The position numbers were made by a program, and so were the translations under genes. A stretch of 32,000 nt of DNA from Candidatus Methanoperedens sp. GTDB taxonomy: Archaea; Halobacteriota; Methanosarcinia; Methanosarcinales; Methanoperedenaceae. The notes beneath the pieces were generated by a model that had not been told where the DNA came from, did no database searches, and saw nothing but the letters and a program-made list of their open reading frames with translations. Positions 24,973-32,000 of the stretch are shown here, piece after piece (position 1 is the first letter of the stretch; each line of letters begins with the position of its first letter). The stretch lies in the NCBI GenBank assembly GCA_041494705.1, contig JBGQBI010000003.1:296637-328636 (forward strand). Reading direction: 5' to 3'.

Positions 24973-27708
24973 TTAACAAATTAAATTTCCGCAGCCAGCT
25001 TTTTCTCTTTTAAATCCTGTTTTGCGATCGTAATAAGATTCCAATTCGTAATTATTGATAAAATTAAGTTCTCCGTCTTTAAAATCAGCGGCGTAATTCT
25101 TTGGGATACTGATCACATAATCATAAAATTGCTTTTTTATTTTTAAAAATTCTTTCCTTCGTTCAAGAGGATCTTTAATATCTCGGATTTCACAATATTT
25201 CTGTTTTACTTTTTTGGCATTATCATCATATACGTTTAACGTACCGTTCTCAACTTTCACAACGAATTCATTAGCTTTACTCCCATTGATAGTTAGTGTT
25301 ACTTTGGTTTTTTCAAAGTTAAGTGTTAGCGAAACATAATTATTTTCACTATACAATTTTATGGTTTTATTATCTTCAATTTTTTCTATTTTTGCTGTGT
25401 TTACACAGTCAATACCAAAATCCCGATTTAAGAGTTCTATGAGTTTTCCGTTGTGGTTTCCCGGAATTTCATCCCAGCTAAACAAAAACTCATCATCTAA
25501 CTCAACAAAAATGTCTATTTTATAAAAGTTGTCATCATCTATTAATTTGAAATCTGATATTGGTTTTCTCTTATTTCTATCAGGAGTTTTATCATAAAAA
25601 TATAAATCGTAAAGTGATTCAATAAGTTTTACTTCTGTTCCAGACTTTTCTTTTGCAGATTCAAAATACTTATTTATCAGCTCTAAAAAATCTATTTCGT
25701 AGAACTGAGAAGTGGTATTATCTTCATTATTAAATAAGTTATTAACTAAATGCAATAAAACAGGATCGTATATCTTTGTATATGAGGTTCCATTTTTCAA
25801 ATTCACTAAATGCATTTCTGCTTTATCAAATCGTTTATTTCTATTGCATCTTCCTGCGATCTGTATTATAGAATCTAACGGACCTCTATCACGATATACA
25901 CAATCACAGTCAATATCTACTCCCGCTTCAATTAGTTGTGTTGAAACAATTATGACCTTTTGATTGTTTTTTATCGCTTTTCTTGCGTATTCTATTCTTT
26001 GCCTTCTTTCTCTTGGAGTAATATTTGTTGATAAATAGCATTTTTTGAAAGGCAAACCTGATTTTTGGATTTTATCAGTTATTAAATTATAAAACTCTAA
26101 TGATGAACCAATTGTATTAAAAACAAACAGATATGAGTTTTTAGACCAATCATTCAACTCGTTACAGAATTCTATTACTTTTTTCTCGTTGGAATCTATC
26201 TTCAAAATTACACGGTTTAAATCTTCCGTCTTAAAGTAACTTTCATAATTATCTACAAGTTCTTTGTACTCTCCCTCCTCAAAAATCAATGGCTTAGTAG
26301 CGGTCATTAAAATAATTGTACAATTAAAATATTCAGTCATCCCAATTAAAACTCTTCTCACTAAATTCCAGTATTCTATAGGAATATTCTGTGCTTCATC
26401 TAAAATAATTATTGAATTTACAATGTTGTGAAACTTTTTTAAGCTCCTATTCTTGTATCCTATCAAGCTATAAAATAATTGAATAAAAGTCGTAACGATA
26501 ACTTCAGATTCCCAAGATTCAATTAAGGCGAGGCTTTCATCCAAATCTTCTTCCTTATCCATATTTTGCGTTTTATAAAAGATTTCTGAAAGATGATGAT
26601 GCTTTAAAAGATATGGACTCTCATTATTTTTGAAATCGCTAATTTGACTTAAAACTTTATCGAACACATCATAGTTTTGGTCTATAATACTTGTAAAAGG
26701 TAGTGAGTAGATAATCCTTGGTTCAAATTTTAAATTGAGATCATTTTTTAAGATTTTCCTTAGCTTCAAAGCAGCAGCGAAAGAAGTTAAGGTTTTACCT
26801 GTTCCCGTCGGCGCTGTCAGCGTAAAGATTTTCTGGCTTGCATTTTTAGGATCAGATATATTCGTTATTACTGAGGCTTGAATTTGAGCTCTAATGATGT
26901 TAATATTGCTTTTGTTTTCTTCTTTGATTTCAGGTTTGTTTAAATGTATTTCAACGAGATTATCTAAGAGTTCTTTTCTTTCTATTTTTCTGACACTGCC
27001 GGCGTGTTTTTTATCTGAATCTATCAAAATAGAATAAAAAAGCTGAACAAGAAAATAATATATTAGGTTTTTATTATCCGTCTCCTCAAAGGAGTGAAAG
27101 ATTTTAACTAATTCTTTAATTTGTGGTTTAATATCATCTGAATATTTTATTTCACCTTTGTATTTCTCGATATTAGAAAATATTTTTTTAGCGGATAGAT
27201 TGATTTTCTTAATTAATAACTCGTATTCATTAATTATTGAATCATAATTAATCCAAATATCCATTAATTGTCTGGATATATTTTTAAATCCGCCATCAAA
27301 TAATTTTTCTGAATCTATATCATTATTAATATCGTCCAAATCCAGATGGTGGCGCTTAACAACAAAATAAGCAATCAATGGAAGAAATTTATAAGGTATT
27401 TCATTTTCAAGTTTTTCTGTTTTTATATATTCATTCACCGCTTCAAATACAAACAATGCAGAAATTAGCCCATGATTTGTTACAGGATCGTTTTTATCAC
27501 TTAGTCCTTTCAGCTTTTCCTGGAAAAATGTTGTATATTTTCCAAAATCATGCGAAATACCTATGATATAAGATACATCTGCAAAAGCATTTATATTAAA
27601 TCCATCAAAATTTTTTAATTCAATTATTTCTTTACTTCTATCTCCCACAGACTGCAAGTGATCTTTTAAAAGAATCTTTTTGGGGTCTAAGTGAGAATAA
27701 AACTCCAT
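24973..27708 (-). CDS. cas3: Cas3 HD nuclease / superfamily 2 helicase fusion with an extended C-terminal region
   Basis: HD motifs are HLQSV, ISHDFGKYTTFF and VKRHHLD. The helicase motifs are TAPTGTGKT (I), IILDEAQ (II), MTAT (III) and QIAGRCNR (VI). At 911 aa it is longer than most Cas3 proteins I know. Confidence 0.9.
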   Translation of the reverse strand: MEFYSHLDPKKILLKDHLQSVGDRSKEIIELKNFDGFNINAFADVSYIIGISHDFGKYTTFFQEKLKGLSDKNDPVTNHGLISALFVFEAVNEYIKTEKLENEIPYKFLPLIAYFVVKRHHLDLDDINNDIDSEKLFDGGFKNISRQLMDIWINYDSIINEYELLIKKINLSAKKIFSNIEKYKGEIKYSDDIKPQIKELVKIFHSFEETDNKNLIYYFLVQLFYSILIDSDKKHAGSVRKIERKELLDNLVEIHLNKPEIKEENKSNINIIRAQIQASVITNISDPKNASQKIFTLTAPTGTGKTLTSFAAALKLRKILKNDLNLKFEPRIIYSLPFTSIIDQNYDVFDKVLSQISDFKNNESPYLLKHHHLSEIFYKTQNMDKEEDLDESLALIESWESEVIVTTFIQLFYSLIGYKNRSLKKFHNIVNSIIILDEAQNIPIEYWNLVRRVLIGMTEYFNCTIILMTATKPLIFEEGEYKELVDNYESYFKTEDLNRVILKIDSNEKKVIEFCNELNDWSKNSYLFVFNTIGSSLEFYNLITDKIQKSGLPFKKCYLSTNITPRERRQRIEYARKAIKNNQKVIIVSTQLIEAGVDIDCDCVYRDRGPLDSIIQIAGRCNRNKRFDKAEMHLVNLKNGTSYTKIYDPVLLHLVNNLFNNEDNTTSQFYEIDFLELINKYFESAKEKSGTEVKLIESLYDLYFYDKTPDRNKRKPISDFKLIDDDNFYKIDIFVELDDEFLFSWDEIPGNHNGKLIELLNRDFGIDCVNTAKIEKIEDNKTIKLYSENNYVSLTLNFEKTKVTLTINGSKANEFVVKVENGTLNVYDDNAKKVKQKYCEIRDIKDPLERRKEFLKIKKQFYDYVISIPKNYAADFKDGELNFINNYELESYYDRKTGFKREKAGCGNLIC

Positions 27709-27714
27709 ATTTCC

Positions 27715-28542
27715 CTACATGAACATTATGTTTTCAATCAGATTGCGCTCTCTTTCAGAATACTTTACGGAAAAACAAGATGCGTCTTCTTTCAATTTTA
27801 CTTTCATAACGTCACCTTTAACTTCCATTACATATTCTTCAGGCGGTAAGGGAGTTCTATCACTTAAAAAACCTGTAGGCATTTTTTCTGTATTATATTG
27901 TAGATTATTATCATCAAAATCAAGTTCCACTTCCCTTAACTTACAGACACTATTCAACTCAACCTTTCGATTTTGATTTCTTGATACAGTACCCTCATCA
28001 ATGTAATCTATGGATGCTAAAAATTCAGTTAAGCCCATATAAGGAGGATATACAAATCTCTGCCCCTCTAATCGTTTTTTCAATTCATCATATTTATCTT
28101 TAAGTTCCACATGATAAAAAAAATATATCCTGTATGTTAACTCTTCACAACTATTTTCTGGAAGCAGAATCTCCAAGGGGATTTGAGTAGGTGCCCCCCT
28201 TGTTCCGGTTACTAATGCCTCAAAAGAGTATTTACTATGTTTATCTGTTTTTGTTTTAATATAATTAACACTCTGCATCAATTTCCTAACTCTTTTTAGC
28301 ATTGAAACTGCAACGAAACATTTATCACTGCCAAATTTTTCATAGTATGTTTCTTCTTTATTTTTTGTGTGTCTTTCACTCGGCAGTCCCAAAAGCCCTG
28401 CAATTAATCCAACAACAACCGTTCTTGGTGGAAATAAATAACTTAAAGAGGATGAGTTAGTATAATATTTCCTAAAGTGAGCCATTGGTCCCCTAATGTC
28501 AAAAATTAATACTTTCTCTGGATTGAAGTCATTAATGGACAT
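27715..28542 (-). CDS. cas5: Cas5 (type I-B)
   Basis: The N-terminal FDIRGPMAHFRKYYTNSSSLSYLFPPRTVVVGLIAGLLG is the canonical Cas5 signature. Confidence 0.85.
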   Translation of the reverse strand: MSINDFNPEKVLIFDIRGPMAHFRKYYTNSSSLSYLFPPRTVVVGLIAGLLGLPSERHTKNKEETYYEKFGSDKCFVAVSMLKRVRKLMQSVNYIKTKTDKHSKYSFEALVTGTRGAPTQIPLEILLPENSCEELTYRIYFFYHVELKDKYDELKKRLEGQRFVYPPYMGLTEFLASIDYIDEGTVSRNQNRKVELNSVCKLREVELDFDDNNLQYNTEKMPTGFLSDRTPLPPEEYVMEVKGDVMKVKLKEDASCFSVKYSERERNLIENIMFM

Positions 28543-28544
28543 TT

Positions 28545-29618
28545 TCAGCTTTTTGTTGATTTTTTGGTTTCCAGATTCTGGCTCGGCAGTTGTACGATTT
28601 GTATCTCTGCATTTTTTAGCTTTAACTTCCCATTCTCGTTATTCCAGCCATGAACTCTTAAATCAGCGTTTTTCCAGAAATGGATTTTAGAGATTTTATC
28701 CTTACATTCATCTAACTTTTCACACAGTTTGCTTAGGTCTAATTTATATTCATCTGGTGAGCGTAATTTTGCGGTCTCATCAAAAAGCATTTCTTTACCT
28801 TGCTCGTCTATTATCTTTACATACCTTCTTAAATCACCAAAGAAAAAATCTGAAGAATTATATTGTATTCGGATATACAATAAGGGGTGTTGCTCAAACT
28901 TACTCCTTGAGGTCGCTTCCAACGGTATCGCATGGATCATTGCATCATCAAATAACTCGATATCCTTGTTTGTAAGGTTCGTAAAATATGCTCTTTTTGC
29001 ACTGATTATACCATGAAACGCAATTAAAGAGTAATCAACACGATAATCTTTGCCCATTGCGCCAGAACCTTTTTCTGATTCTTCCTCTTCGGTTGTTTTT
29101 CCAGTTTGAAAATGAGATGTTATACCATTTGATTCCATAGGTCCTGTTACCTTGTTTAAAGAATGACCCCAATTAAACTGGATAGGTCCTGTAAATGTAA
29201 CATTTCCTTTTCTGTCTTTAAACATTACATCTGGAATAATAGCACCAAACATTCGTACATCAATAGCTTTATCCAAGAACCCATTAATTTGGTTGTCATC
29301 AATTTCTATTTTATCCTTGTCTTTTACATTCAATATCATAGCCAAACTTTTTTTAGCGTTTACAACAGCCCCTCCACTTTTAGAGACAAATATTATTGTC
29401 GTTTCATCTTTTTTATAATCTCCCAAATAATCTCTGATATATCTTTTCAGCCGTACATCTGATACCAGGTTTATGTTCCTATGATAATCCATTCTCGGCT
29501 TATTTTCATCATCGGGGTCCCCATTAGGATTGCACATCCGAGCATCATAAATAAACAATATTTCACTGTTATTTTTGGGTTTAACGCCACCGCTCTCTAT
29601 TTCAGTTTTATCCGTCAT
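28545..29618 (-). CDS. cas7: Cas7 (Csh2/Csd2-type, type I-B)
   Basis: It has ILFIYDARMCNPNGDPDDENKPR (the NPNGDP signature of the Csh2/Csd2 Cas7 family) and MFGAI. Confidence 0.9.
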   Translation of the reverse strand: MTDKTEIESGGVKPKNNSEILFIYDARMCNPNGDPDDENKPRMDYHRNINLVSDVRLKRYIRDYLGDYKKDETTIIFVSKSGGAVVNAKKSLAMILNVKDKDKIEIDDNQINGFLDKAIDVRMFGAIIPDVMFKDRKGNVTFTGPIQFNWGHSLNKVTGPMESNGITSHFQTGKTTEEEESEKGSGAMGKDYRVDYSLIAFHGIISAKRAYFTNLTNKDIELFDDAMIHAIPLEATSRSKFEQHPLLYIRIQYNSSDFFFGDLRRYVKIIDEQGKEMLFDETAKLRSPDEYKLDLSKLCEKLDECKDKISKIHFWKNADLRVHGWNNENGKLKLKNAEIQIVQLPSQNLETKKSTKS

Positions 29619-29619
29619 T

Positions 29620-31895
<2,276 letters not shown>

Positions 31896-32000
31896 AGTTT
31901 CGATACCTGTATTCAAGCTATTATCACCAGCCACCTGTTTTTAATGCATTTAATTTCTGCAAATTCATCCGTTTTTTATGCGGTTGATTATTTTGTAAAC

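Noticed and set aside
24807-25013. A 68-aa Gly/Ala-rich plus-strand ORF
   Set aside because: It is antisense to the GC-rich cas6 5' remnant and the cas3 3' end. The low-complexity G-rich translation is a by-product of the C-rich sense strand.
31918-32000. A second CRISPR array beginning upstream of cas8b
   Set aside because: Apart from the single 14-nt repeat-like match at 31897-31910, no further repeat copies occur in the remaining ~90 nt. The window ends too soon to say more.

Overview
Archaeal chromosomal window, probably from a methanogen or methanotroph. That placement is an inference from a FwdC-like fragment, archaetidylinositol genes and a membrane-anchored hexahaem cytochrome c. Positions 1-11.9 kb are mostly housekeeping. 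They hold a Sec11/SipW-type signal peptidase and then a tightly coupled operon: P-loop ATPase, polytopic membrane protein, secreted repeat-domain surface protein, hexahaem cytochrome c. After that come trpCBA (preceded by three phased TGTAC(A/T) boxes), a CDP-alcohol phosphatidyltransferase, myo-inositol-1-phosphate synthase, and a convergent TldD/PmbA protease. Positions 11.9-32 kb are one CRISPR-Cas island of more than 20 kb, entirely on the minus strand. Read 5' to 3' on that strand it contains type I-B cas8b-cas7-cas5-cas3, a decayed cas6 5' remnant, an MNT/HEPN toxin-antitoxin pair, cas6-cas1-cas2-cas4, a leader, and a 57-repeat/56-spacer array with a 37-nt repeat. Directly downstream of the array trailer sits a very compact, AT-rich type III-like module. 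It encodes a 673-aa HD-bearing Cas10-like protein with no GGDD motif, one Cas5-like RAMP with a helical tail, one Cas7-like RAMP and its own Cas6. It has no separate cas11 and no CARF or ancillary genes. This reduced type III module is my best candidate for something undescribed. The second candidate is the mosaic structure of the island: AT-rich effector blocks, a GC-richer adaptation block, repeated cas6 5' fragments and duplicated junction segments around the TA pair and the I-B effector block. All calls come from reading the sequence and the ORF translations. No database search was run.
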